A stretch of 64,000 bases of DNA from Hypanus sabinus (lineage: Eukaryota), in NCBI RefSeq assembly GCF_030144855.1, contig NC_082707.1:55800001-55864000 (forward strand). Reading direction: 5' to 3'. How positions within the stretch are numbered: the stretch's first letter is position 1; every line of letters begins with the position of its first letter. Shown here in pieces: positions 52,101-64,000 of this stretch. The notes under the pieces were generated by a model. The model was not told the DNA's origin, did not search any database, and was given only the letters and a program-made list of their open reading frames with translations. The position numbers and the translations under genes are program-made.

Positions 52101-52940
52101 TTTGTTTTCTTTGTAGTTTGACTGCTGAGTGGGATCTCCGCCAGCCGTGGTGTGCTGGCCAGGGTAAGATGAAGCAGGCTATGTTTGAAGCACCTTTTCT
52201 AGCCCCGTCCTCCTTGGAGGTAAGCAGAGCAATTCCTAAAGAGGACTGCTCAGACACCCGGGGGCTGCTGAGCTCCACTGCTGCTTCATTCCAGCGCAGA
52301 ATGACCCAATGCCCTGGGCCACCTGTGTGCAGGTTTGTGACTACAGCTTCCATTGTATCCACACCTGCTGCTTCGCCACTCGCCCATCGCCACAGGACTT
52401 GAAGTTTTTTAGCGGAATGGGTTTGGAGTCGTGACTTGCGCTTGACTTGGATGAAACTGAGGGAGAGTTGCGCAAATCGTCAGCCTCACTCTCTCATCTC
52501 GACCTATCTGTATCCAGTTGCAAGACGGAGTTGAGACGGCTGGAGATAAGTCGGGATGCAGTGGATGGCCAGCAGTGTCCTATGTGTCTCACTGTGCCCT
52601 GATTGCGCTCCACAACGCTTTGCTGGGTCTGCCTTTTTACTCGTTGGACCGCCAAGTGGTTGATCTCCTCCGCGTAGTCCGCCGAATTCAGTCTTCGCAT
52701 GCGTTGGTAGACAAGCCCTAACTCACTGAGGGTTTGAGACCCAACAGCTACCCTCACCAGGTTTTGCCGGCCGGTCGAAGCTGTTGCCCGGGGTGTGGCC
52801 GCTGTTGCATGCAAACAGCTACGAGGAACCACTGGTGAGAGCTGAGTGTCAGGTGAGGACTAATGCAGACGAACTACTCAGAAGAGTACGACGTGTTCCC
52901 CATCAGTGTTACTACCTCTCCCTGACGCCTCGTACACCCC
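49124..52940 (-). mobile_element. RTE-clade non-LTR retrotransposon, 5'-complete, frameshifted and internally deleted
   Basis: APE endonuclease (WNVRTL, IAALSET, GDFNA, LIDYV, TDH), RT (LLFADD, YLGS), C-terminal CPTCGRAFRARIGLTSHLRTH. Perfect 12-bp TSD TCAGGCTCCTGT at 49112-49123 and 52941-52952. Confidence 0.95.
52751..52940 (-). ncRNA. HDV-like self-cleaving ribozyme at the RTE 5' end, with a hairpin inserted in L3
   Basis: P1 GGGGUGU/ACACCCC, P2 CUCUCACCAGU/AC(C)UGGUGAGGG, P3 GGU/GCC, L3 UCCUCG, P1.1 CC/GG, GGGCAAC...GGCAAA core; G1 abuts the TSD. Confidence 0.8.
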
Positions 52941-53500
52941 TCAGGCTCCTGTAGCTCCTCCTTGATGGTAGCATTGAGAAGAGGGGCTGTCCTGGGTGAT
53001 AGGGGTCCTTTAGAGGCAACCCCTTTTGAAAGTGTCCTTGATACTGGTGATGCTAGTGCCCATAATGGAGCTAGCTAAGTTCACAACTTCCTGCAGCCTT
53101 GTCTGATCCTCTGCAGTGCCCCTCCCCAATACCAGATGGTGATGCACAGTGAACACAGTACATTTGTAGAAATTTGCAAGTGTCTTTGGTGACATGTCAA
53201 GTCTCCTCAAACTCCAAATGAAATTTAGCAAATGTCATGCCGCCTTTGTAATTGCATTAGTATGTTAGGCCCAGGATAGATCTTCAGAGATTTTGACACC
53301 CAGGAACTTGAAACTGTTTACCCTTTCCACTACTGATCCCTCGATGAGGATTGGTGTGTGTTCCCTCGACTTACCCTTCCACAGTCAATTCCTTGGTCTT
53401 ACTAATTTTGAGTACAAAGTTGTTGTTTTGGCAGCACTCAACCAGCCGATCTACCTCACTCCTGTATGCCTCCTTGTCACCATCTGAAATTCTGCCAACA
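52941..53500 (-). mobile_element. Rex1/Babar LINE remnant hosting the RTE (continues at 48975-49123)
   Basis: MSPKTLANFYKCT...LQEVV; RSLK...FRNNYFP on the far side of the RTE. Confidence 0.75.
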
Positions 53501-54532
53501 ATGATTTACAGGTTGTGTTTGAACTGGCATCCACCGATTCTGCTTGGAGGTTGGAGTACTTCAGTTTACAGAATTAAGTCTACTTCAAGTATTGACTGTT
53601 TTATCTCCATGTTTAATCATTCAGTTTCCTTAATGTAAGCCTTTATGTCTGTCAATGTACAGAACCTTGGTTTACTCTTTGTCCTTATATAAACAGCTTT
53701 CGCTGCTCTTCAGATCTCTTCCCATACCTAATTCTAATCGTCTAACATCCATCTTTGAAAATCTAGCAGTTGTCATCATGGTACATTTTTGTGTTATTTC
53801 CCTCATTAAAAATCATTGTTGCTTAAGATTCCATTCTCAGCAGATGCAAACATATTCAGGTAATACCGTAAAACACAGGAACAGTATTAGGCCATTTGGC
53901 TCATCAAGTCTGTTTTGCCATTCAATTTAGTTTCCCTCTCAAATACTTTCAACTGTCTTCTCCCCAGAACCTAATCAAAAATATATCAACGACTGCCCTT
54001 AAATATTCCCAATGACTTGGCCACCTCAGCTGTCTGTCAAAGTCCACAGGTCTACTTTTATAAAATCCCTTCCTAACTATGAGGATATGTTATCGGTACA
54101 TCTCTAGCAGTGGCTTGGCGCCCTTCCTTCACATTATCATCTTTTCCCTATCATTGTACTTTCATGTTCAGCTTTCCAACATGTTTCAAATAGCAAAAAA
54201 AATGCATATTGTGGAAATACTAAAAAAAACAAAAAAATGCTTGAAATACTCACTAACCAGGCAACATCAGTAGAAAGAGAAAATTAACTAATGTTTCAGA
54301 TTTCACTTTCCAACAGAATTGCGAGAATTTAAAAATCAAACTTATTCAGGTTGCAGGGGAGGAGGAAATATGAAATGAACAATAGGAATGGTATGATAGG
54401 GTGGGAACAAAGACTATCCTCTCTTATCAGATTCCTTCCTCTGCAGCCCTTTACCTTTCCTATCCACTTGGCTTCACGTATCACTTTCTAGCTACCCTCT
54501 TCCCCCCGCCCCAACCTTTTTATTCTGTCGAC

Positions 54533-55270
54533 TTAAGACCATAAGGTAGAGAAGCAGAATTTGGCCATTAGCTCATCAAGTCTGCTCTGCCATTTCATCA
54601 TGGCTGATCCAATTTTCCTCAGCCCCAATCTTCTGCCTTCTCTCCATATCCCTTCATACCCTGATCAATCAAAAATCTATCAACCTCTTCATCAAATATG
54701 CATAAAACTTAGGTCTCCACAGCTGCCTGTGGCAAACAATTCCACAGACTCACTTCTCTCTGGCAAAAGAAATTCCTCCTCATCTCCATTCTAAAAGGAT
54801 ACCCCTCTATTCTGAGGCTGTGTCCTTTGGTCTTAGACTCTCCTACCAAAGGGTACATCTTCTCCACATCCACTCTATCAAGGCCTTTCACCATTTGATG
54901 GGTTTCAATGAGGTCACCCCTCATTTTTCTGAATTCCACTGAATTCAGGCCCAGAGCCATTAAATGCTCTCCGCATGGCAAGTCATTCAATCCTGGAATC
55001 ATTTTTATGAACTTCTTTTGAACCCTCTAGAGTTTCAACACATCCTTTCTAAGATAAAGGCCCCAAACTACTTACAATGCTCCAAGTGAGGCCTCACCAG
55101 TGCTTTATAAAATCTCAACATTACATCCTTGCTTTTGTATTCTAGTCCTCTTGAAATGAATGCTAACATTGCATTTGCCTTCCTCACCACAGACTCAATC
55201 TGTAAATGAACCTTTAGGGAATCCTGCACCAGGACTCCCAAGTCTTTTTGAACCATAGGTTTTTGTATTT
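54533..55270 (-). mobile_element. CR1 LINE 3' fragment
   Basis: QKDLGVLV...KANAMLAFISRGLEYKS...VRPHLE. Confidence 0.9.
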
Positions 55271-55643
55271 TCTTGCTGTCTGTACTTCAGAAGTTTTCCA
55301 TTCTTAACCTTTTCCTTATTGAATTCATCTGTGCTGTTTCAATTTTGTCTCAAGCTCATCTGACTGATCTGTGTCAACTTCTTGCTCAAGGCTCAAGCAG
55401 TACAATACTGCCTAATAGCTCTTACCCCAGACATGCCCTAGGTATTTTGCTTTCATTTCCAACTCAGACTGGTTCAAACCAGATCAGCCAAACACTGGGC
55501 ACAGACCACTAGATCACAGGCTGTTCCTTCTACAAGCCTGCAATTTTATATAATAAAGAGTTCCTTATCTGAACTCTTGGTGTCAGGTTTAGTAGATCAT
55601 TAGCAGGAAACCCATTGTGTCCATGTTCAGTTGTTCTGATTAA

Positions 55644-56539
55644 GGATACATCCACACTAGAAGGGATAAATCCGTAACCAAAGCTTTTTCTCTTCGTTTT
55701 GATCCTCCATCTATACTGAAACGGCATTTTCCTCCCCCAAAAACAGAGCTTTTCTAAAATGCCCTCCAGAGTGTATAAATTTGAAATCGTCATTGGGCAA
55801 GATTAGTGTGGACGGGGTAACCGGAGAGTTTTAAAAAATGCTGTCAAGACGTGCCGGAACAGATGGTGGCGGCAGCACAGCATTTCATTGTTTTCTTGAA
55901 CACAACCCCCCATACAACCTAACAATTTCAGAACAGATGGCAACGAGACTCAAGCCAGAAGAGATAGAAATGTACTCATCAAATACTTTGACCCATAACT
56001 TACGGAATAAATAAGTATACTCACTTTGCCCTGTTTTCTGTCCCTGCTTGTATGAGGGCGGTTTATGCAAGTACTTCTCTAACAATAGATGTGTAACAGC
56101 CTACTGTAACATTGTATGGAAATACAAGATTTATTAATGCAACAGCGTTAGTCAGTTTTTCAATGTTCGTCATAAGCAGGGTCATACTGTCCGTGAGCTC
56201 CCTGTTGGGTGCCTCCATACGCTCCAGTATTTGGTTTTTTCAGTTTTAAGTCCTCCTGCGCGAGAGCCAACAACTGTCGGTCGTTTGGCAATTTCTTTTA
56301 AAGTTTTTCTAGTCTGTAACTGCACAAACGTGCACTTTCACAGCAAGATTCAACACCAAGCATGTCGCTTGTTTTCTGTAGATGTGTCTTGTGCATGCCC
56401 AGTAGGGGGAGATTTGCCCAAATATCCCTTTTAATGTGGACAGAGGTATTTTCAAAAATGCTTGGTGTGGACACCTGTAATTTTTATGGGAAACCAGCGT
56501 TTTCCCATAAAAAAAATCCTGCCTAGTGTGGACGTAGCC
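55644..56539. mobile_element. PIF/Harbinger-like MITE
   Basis: TIRs GGATACATCCACACTAG / CTAGTGTGGACGTAGCC, TAA/TTA flanks, repeated subterminal GTGTGGAC. Confidence 0.75.
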
Positions 56540-56919
56540 TTAGTTATTCCTGAGGAAGAACCAGTTCATCAAACAATACACAAAATGAATTGTTTGAATT
56601 TTAAAGGATAGTTTCAGAAAATGTTAGTCTCCGTTCCTGCAACCACATGGCAAGGACAACGATTCCTGCTTTGTCAGTTTCCACTGCCCTTGCCTTATTC
56701 CTGTAAACTACTTCTAGATTTTATTTCTTTCTGGCCAACATCCTCTGTCCATATATTTGGACATCTCAATGGGTTTAGTACCTGCTTCGTCAGGTAGTAC
56801 ATGCTGCCCTGATTCTGTGACCCTCTCTGTCACACTCGGAGACAATTTATTGTAATAGTGTGTAACATTTAAAAAAAATGTGGCTTAAGAGTGCTGAGCT
56901 ATTAGGGTATAATAGCTTC

Positions 56920-57661
56920 AGGACTTCAGGCATGCTCGGAGCCACACTCACATCCCCACGTACATCTATGGAGCTGTAGTGGAGCGTGTATCAAGCTTCA
57001 AATTCCTTGGTGTCCACATTTCCAAGGATCTCACCTGGTCCCTGAACTCCTCCATTCCGATCAAAAAGGCGCAACAGCGCCTTTATTTCCTGAGGAACAT
57101 CAAGAAAGCTCACCTCTGTCCCAGGATACTGATGAACTTTTACCGCTGTACCATAGAGAGCATACTCACCAAATGCATCTCAGTGTGGTATGGCAATTGT
57201 CCCATATGAGACCGCAAAGCACTCCAGCGTGTGGTGAAAACTGCCCAGCAGATTATCGGCATCCAATTACCCACCATTGAGAACATCTACCATAAATGCT
57301 GCCTGGGCAGGGTGAAAAGCATTATCAAGGATGCATCTCACCCTAACCGTGGGCATTTTACTCTCCTCCCATCCAGTAGGTGCTACAGGAGCCTCCGCTC
57401 CCACACCAGCAGGCACAGGAAGAGCTTCTTCCCTGAGGCTGTGACCCTGCTGAACCTCACATCACAGCCCTAAGCAGTATTGCACCCATATTGTACTGTC
57501 TCAGTACTTTTATATTTGTGTGCTGTGGCACTTTTTATTCACAGTTATTTTGTAAATAACACTATTCTTTGCATTTCTGGTTAGATACTAATTGCATTTC
57601 ATTTGGCTTTGTATCTGTACTCGGCACAATGACAATAAAGTTGAATCTAATCTAATCTAAT
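56920..57661 (+). mobile_element. Rex1/Babar LINE 3' fragment
   Basis: ERVSSFKFLGVHI...KKAQQRLYFLR...FYRCTIESIL; (AATCT)n tail. Confidence 0.9.
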
Positions 57662-58129
57662 ATGTGTCATCTCGTAATCTGGAAAATCTGCTGACCAGGT
57701 ACCACCAAAGTTCAGAGCGTTCCAAATAACTGGAGTCTTACCATGCCATTCTACTTACTAATAAAAATATAGCTCATTTACAGCACTAAGCTAAACAATC
57801 TTTCAATCAGTTGGTTTCAGTGGTTTGCCTTCTATGTGAGCAAGGATTTTTTCATACATACTCACCCTTATCCTTTCAACAACTTTTTCTCCATCTATAT
57901 ATTCAGTTTAATTGTCAATATTTACATAGTTTCTGCTTCATCCAACCCCAAGAGGTGAAATCCATAATCTGCTTTACTTGCCTGTCTTTCAATTTTACTG
58001 TGCAACCTTCATCCTTAGTGCACCAATGAGTGGAATTTGATTATTTATACAGTTAAACAACAGGAAACTACACCCTACTTCCACTGCAGTTGTGCTAGCC
58101 AAGGATCAAACACACTCTCCCATCTTTCA

Positions 58130-60190
58130 CAACCCACAAAATGCTGGAGAAACTCAGCAAGTCATGCAGCATCTGTGGAGGGGAATAAATAGTAGACAGT
58201 TTAGGCCAGGACACTTCATCATGACTGGAAAGGAAGGGGACAGTAGCCAGAATAAGAAGGTAGGGGGAGAGGAAGGAGTACAATCTGCTTTTACTGCTGA
58301 AACCAGGTGAGAGGGAAGCTCTGTGGGTGGTGATGAAGTAAAATCTGGGAGGTGGAAGAGGTAAGGGGCTAAAGAAGAGGATAAGGGAATGAGGAGGTGT
58401 AACAGAGGGAGGAGATAGGCAGGTGAGGAGAAGAGGGGTGAACCAGAATGGGAATGGAAGAAGAGTTGGGGGTGGGGATTACCAGAAGTTAGTGAAATCA
58501 ATGTTCATGCCATTAGAGGTCGGAAGCTATCCAGATGGAATATGAGTTGTTGATCCTACAAACTGAGTTTGGCCTCCTCATGGCAGTAGAAGAGTCCATT
58601 GGCAGACATATGGGAATGGGAAGGCAACTTGGAATGGATGGCCACCAGGAGGTCCTGCCTTTTGCTGTGAATGAAATGAAGGTGCTCAATGAAGTGGTCC
58701 CCTAATCTACGTTGGGTCTCATCAATGTAGAGGAGGCCGCACTGGGAACACGGGATACAATAGTTGACTCTCACAGAAGTGTCACCTCACCTTAAAGGAC
58801 TGTTTGAGACCCTGAATGTTGGTGAGGGAGGAGATGTCAGAGTAGGTGTAGCACTTATCAGTCTTGTATGGGTAAGTGGCAGGAGGGAGATCGATGGGGA
58901 GGGACATGTGGACAAGGGAGTCATATGGAGAGTAATCCTTACAGACAGCGAAGAGGAGAAAAGTGCTCAGTGGTAGGATCCTGTTGCAGATGGTGGAAGT
59001 TACAGAGAATGATGAGCTGGATAAAAAGGCTCATGGGATAGTCGGTGAGATCATCTGTTCCTGTTAAAGCAGTGGGAGGATAGGGTATGGGTAGACGTGG
59101 GAAATGGAGGAGATGTGGTTGAGGGCAGCACCGATGGTGGTGAAGGGAAACCTGATTCTTTGAAGGAGGACATCTCAGATGTTCAGGAATAGAAAACCTC
59201 ATCCTCAGAACAGATATGGTGGAGGTGGAGGACCTGAGAAAAGGGAGTAACATTTTTACAAGTGACAGGGTGGAAAGAGAGTCAGTAGGTTTGTAAAAGA
59301 TATATGTTAATAGTCTGCTTCCAGAGAAGGAGACAGATCATAAAGGGGAGAGAAGTGTCAGAGATGGATGAAGTAAATTTGAGGTCAGGGTGGAAATTGG
59401 AGGTAAGGGTGATGAAATTGATGAGTTCAGCATGGGTGGGAAACAGGAAGCAGCACCAACGTAACATAAAAAGAGTTGTGGTGCATTACCAGTGTAGGCT
59501 TGGAATACAGGCAGGCATTGTTGGTGCCTATATAAGTACCCATGGCTACAACTTAGGCTTAGAGAAAGTAAAAGGAGCCAAATGAGAAATTGTTACCAGA
59601 CAGAGAGTAGAAGTGGTGGAGGGCAACTGTTAGTCCAGCTGTCCAGAAAGAAGCAGAGAGCATTAGGGCTTTCCTGATGGGGGATAGAATTGTATAGGGA
59701 CTGGATGTTGAAAATGAAAATGAGGGAACTTAAGATGTTTGAAGTGTCACAAAAATAAATTGAAAGGGACTGAACCAAAGGGGAAGAATGGAGTTGAGTT
59801 ATGCAGACATGAGCAGGCAGAAACACTGGACCTGCAAGGAATCAGATTTGTGGATCTTGTGTAGAAAGTGGAAGTGAGCAGTGCAGTTGGTGACAGTGGA
59901 TGGGAGATCTCCAGAGGTGATGAAGTTGGTGATGGTGCAGGAGGCAATGGCCTGATGCTCATTAGTGGGGTCCTGTTCAAGGGATAAGTAAGAGGAGGTG
60001 TTACTGCTTGGCCTCAGCAAGATAGAGGTCAGTTTGCCAGACTCCCAACAGCACACCCATTGTCGATGAGTTTGATGGTGAGGTTGAGAATTGGTGCAGA
60101 GAGAGTAGAGAGCATTGCATTCAGAGGGGGTGAAGTTTGAATAGGAAAGAAGAGTGCAGAAGTTGAGATGGTTAATGACCTGAAAGTTTG
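58130..60190 (-). mobile_element. Penelope-like element, old and degenerate
   Basis: YCIPCSQCGLLYIDET...; SLYNSIPHQE; same terminus as other copies. Confidence 0.85.
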
Positions 60191-60799
60191 CAATATGTGT
60201 CATTATGCTACCCAATAAAAACTTGAGAAAGTAACAGTGAATTAATAGCTATGAAGAATTGAAATAGGAGTGAGGAAAAAACTAAAAGGTTACAACTAAA
60301 ATGTAGTGGCTTAATACATTGGTAACAATGATTGCCTATGGAATATATCCTGGTTATAAGTCTTCAGCTGAGTCATTATATTGTATTTTATTTGTATTTA
60401 TACAGCAATTTCAGCGCTTTGTTTAAACTCGGGAAGAGAATGATAATGAGATCTTCAGGGAAAGCTCATGGTGAAGCAGGACCAATCATTCAACAACCTG
60501 AGGATTGCTAGGTTTTTAATTAAAATTAACTGTCTCTTTGATTGAAATAACTGATGTCTTTTTTCCCCACTGTGGGCATAGTCAACGATTTTGATTGAGG
60601 ATTCCAGCTTCCATAATTAGCTATACAATTTTTCCAGCAAGGAATTCATTGGGAAGTTGCAAAACACCCCTTTAGTTTCTGGCTTGTAAGATAAAAATGG
60701 GGTAAATCACTCGTACCATAATTGTATGAAATTAAGAGTGTGTGAAGTAACTTTGCAGCTTTTTAGCGAATTCTGGCCCATTCTTTGTTCAAGTCCATT

Positions 60800-61300
60800 T
60801 ACAATCGTAGTGTCGAACGTAAGCGTTAAATTGTATATTTGATGCAGAAAATAGGAATTGTAAGCAATAACTTAGACGTGAGGATTGCGAAACTCAATGC
60901 CCTCCCCTGCAAGACGTGTCGGTCTTGCTGAATGGCCCCTCCAGCGGGTCGGCGGTCCGGAGCGCGGACTGGCGAGGGGGCGGAGCCAGCACTGCGCGGT
61001 GCACTATGGGCTAGTCTCGCATTGTCGGCGCGAAAGCTGCACTGAGTCGCGTCGCACGCGTTTGTGGCCACGGCCGGACTCTGGGGCGACATCGATGGCG
61101 CTGTGTAACGGCGATTCCAAGGTTAGTCTGGGCTGGGCCCGCTCCTCCTCACTGCGGGTCGAGAAGTGGGCCAGCGAGGTGTCGTTCTGCCAGCTTCAGT
61201 GGAAGCCGAACCTGCGGCCTAGAGGTCTGGGCGCTACACTAGCGTTCACTTATTTGGCTTGGGCTGATCAGCGTCATGCCGAGGCCGCAGGGCGATTGCA
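60800..61300. promoter_or_regulatory. CpG island / promoter of GMPS with GC box (60977-60986) and ZNF143/Staf-like site (60995-61012)
   Basis: CpG-dense; GGGGCGGAGC; - strand AGCCCATAGTGCACCGCG. Confidence 0.8.
61095..61121 (+). CDS. GMPS: GMP synthase, coding exon 1 (MALCNGDSK); gene continues past the window
   Basis: Identical to the human GMPS N-terminus, followed by donor AAG|GTTAGT; head-to-head with SLC33A1 as in human. Confidence 0.93.
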
Positions 61301-62869
61301 TTGCTTGGTGTATTTTTTATCATGGTGTAACTTGTGTTACTGTGCAGTGGAGTTCCGTTAGTTTGGCTTTGGGGAGTGAATACACCCATCAGCCAGGACC
61401 TGTGAAGTTGCGCCCTTAACATTGTGCTTCAAGCCCTTGTAAAGTGGAGCCATACTTCTGTTTAGGCGGTGGGGGTGGTGGATGTTGAGATGCGAGAGAT
61501 CGGAGTGAATTTGTGCCTGATCTCTTAATCCTCAGAGGTTTAATGATGACCATTGCTCTGGTGATTGACCGTTACCGCAGTGATACATTGCAAGTCTTGG
61601 GAGGACAGTACGAATAATAAATAATTTAGTAATCGGGACGCCTTTTAAAAGGGGTATCATTTCGCGCTTTGGATTTTAAAGTGTTTATGTTTGTATGCAT
61701 ATATATGTTTTAAAAGCACTAGATAGAAAAATGTTTTGCCATATGGAATCCTCATTCAATGTTGGCAGTTGTTTTTTGCAAGTCAACAGTATTTACATCT
61801 TAGTCCAGGCTACCATTTGAACGTGCAACTTCTCAGAATTCCCATCAATCCCACTCACATTTTTCTCCCCCCTCCACCTTTGCTTATTAATTTACACACT
61901 TCTGCTGTCTCCTCACAGTGAACATCAGGTTAACTCAGAAGCATGACTTTGAGATGTGGAGAAACTAGCTCTTGGAGAAAACCCATGTAGAATGTATAAC
62001 TTGGGCCACTGGAGCTGTGCAGCTTTGGTACTTTGATGTTGTGTTGCCCATTAGGATTCAAGAGAAGTGGGGCAGCAAAAAGTCCAAAGGTTAAACCTAA
62101 ACTGAGATCAATTTGTTGCAGCTAGTTCAAGTTTCTTGCTATTCAGCCGTACATTTGTATGCTACCAAACAAAACAATATTCCTCCAAACCAAGGTGTAC
62201 AATAGAGTATAACTCACACAAAAGTAATGTTTCCAGCAATAAGCCAACAAGTAAGAATGTGCATTTATGACACAGGCTTAAAAAGTAAACACTGTTGGCA
62301 CTTCATTCATATGTGATGAGACTTGGGTGCTGCAGGCAGTTCAGTAGTCTCATGGCTATTGAAGGAAGAGGTTTATAGAATAAATGTGACTTCACCATTG
62401 CTATTTTGAATAGACTTAGTTGGTACAAGTGGCAGAAAGCATGGATTCACAAATAAAGGTGAATTTGCCAAGTTATTTCTGTAAAGTTTAACTATTGTGC
62501 TGATCAGCTATCTTCCTGTATCTTAATGTTCAAAATTCAACGTTCCTGTCACGAGCATTATAACAACAATGATCCGTTGTTCATAATGATGAAGGTAACA
62601 AAAATTCAGAGTAAATCAGACAGCAACTAAACAAAATCTGAAAGTTATTATCTGCATTACTTGGTTCTTTTACATTCTTGATAGTTAAGTCTGCCAAGCC
62701 CTTCAGAAGATCGCTAGTTCATTCAGCCAGTTTAAAAGCATGTTGCTTAAAGGGAAAATACAAACTGCCAATTGCAGTGATTGTGATTCAGAAGAGGATC
62801 TAGAAGTTTTGTGTACAACATGCAAACATTGCTGTGTGTCATTGGCATAGTCTTGGTTCTTGGTTATTG

Positions 62870-63358
62870 ATGTTGAGTGAGGTTGTTGGTTCTGACACCA
62901 CTCAACCAGCTGATGTATCTCACTCCTGTAAGCCACCTCATTGCCACCTGAAATTTGGCAAATTTATAATTGGTGTTTGAGCTGTGCCTAGCTGAACAGT
63001 TGTGGGTGTAGAGTGAATATAGCAGTGGGCGAAGCACGCATCCTTGAGTGTTGGTTGTCAACGAGGAGGAGATGTTATGTAGAGTCTGCACTGTCTGTTC
63101 GTCCGATGAAGTCAAGGAACCAGTTGCAGTGGGAGGTATAGAGCCCAAGGTCTAGGAGTTTATTGAGTAAAACTGAGGGAATGATGTTGAATGGTGAGTG
63201 TATTCAGTAAGCAGCAGCCTGACATGGATATTGTTGTCCAGGTGATCCAAGGGTGAGCGGAGAGCTATTGACTTTGCATCTGCTGTCGATCTGTTGTGAT
63301 AAGCAAATTGCAGAAAGTTCAGGAACTTGCTTAGGCAAGAGTTGATTTTACTTAATGA
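62870..63358 (-). mobile_element. Rex1/Babar RT fragment
   Basis: LQFAY..NRSTADA; QGCVLRPLLYSLYTHNC. Confidence 0.8.
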
Positions 63359-63589
63359 CATACAGAGTGGAATCAGCCCTTTGAGCCACGCTGCCTAGTA
63401 CGTAGTCCCCCAATTTAATCCTAGCCCAAACTTGGGACAATTTCCAATTATCATTTAACCTACTAAACTAGTATGTCTTTGAACTCTGGGAGGAATTCAG
63501 TACATCAGGAGGAAACCCATGTGATCACAGGAGAACATACAAATGCCCTATAGGCTGCAGTGGGAATTGAACCCAAACTGCCTGTACAG

Positions 63590-64000
63590 TAATGGTCGCC
63601 AACTAGTCGATCGTGATTGACCGGTCGATCTTTGAGACTTTCCCAGTAGATCCTGAAAAAAAGAAAAATAAATACACAAATGCATTATGCCTGATAAACC
63701 TTTTGATGCAAATATGTAGTAACTTCTACTTTGAAAAAGGATCACTCGACAAACTTCATGCCCAAAATAACAACTTTATCTAGGACGGTAAAACAATACT
63801 TGCATACAGAAGTTTTCACTAATGCGCACTGAGCAGAAAAGACTGGAAGGAAAACCCCAGAAGCAATCTCTCTTTACAAACAGTTTTCCATAGTGGGAGT
63901 ATTGCTATATTACCATAATCCTAATTGGTATAAATTTATATTTATAATGCTCACATTACAACACTTCTCCCCCTTTAAATTCCAACATTCCCCAAATGTA
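63590..64000. mobile_element. hAT-like element end, runs off the window
   Basis: TGGTCGCCAAC start followed by GTCGATC repeats, typical of hAT subtermini. Confidence 0.5.

Noticed and set aside
1-64000. CRISPR arrays, rRNA/tRNA genes or prokaryote-type systems
   Set aside because: Eukaryotic intron-exon DNA; no repeat-spacer array or intact tRNA/rRNA seen.

Overview
Repeat-rich vertebrate genomic DNA, probably a cartilaginous fish (inferred from the CR1/Penelope/Rex1/tRNA-SINE landscape). It carries the conserved C3orf33(-) / SLC33A1(-) / GMPS(+) block: C3orf33 exons 1-2, the complete SLC33A1 gene (six coding exons, 539 aa, plus a probable non-coding first exon) and GMPS exon 1, each with a CpG island. 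The rest is mostly decayed transposons (CR1, Penelope, Rex1/Babar, L1, Hero-type RLE LINE, RTE, Tc1, Tigger, hAT, Harbinger-like) and one 423-N gap. The strongest finding is an RTE retrotransposon bounded by a 12-bp target-site duplication, whose first base starts a complete HDV-like ribozyme fold with an unusual extra hairpin in loop L3. A second, diverged copy 5 kb away shows a compensatory change in P2. Family and orthologue comparisons are from memory; no searches were run.
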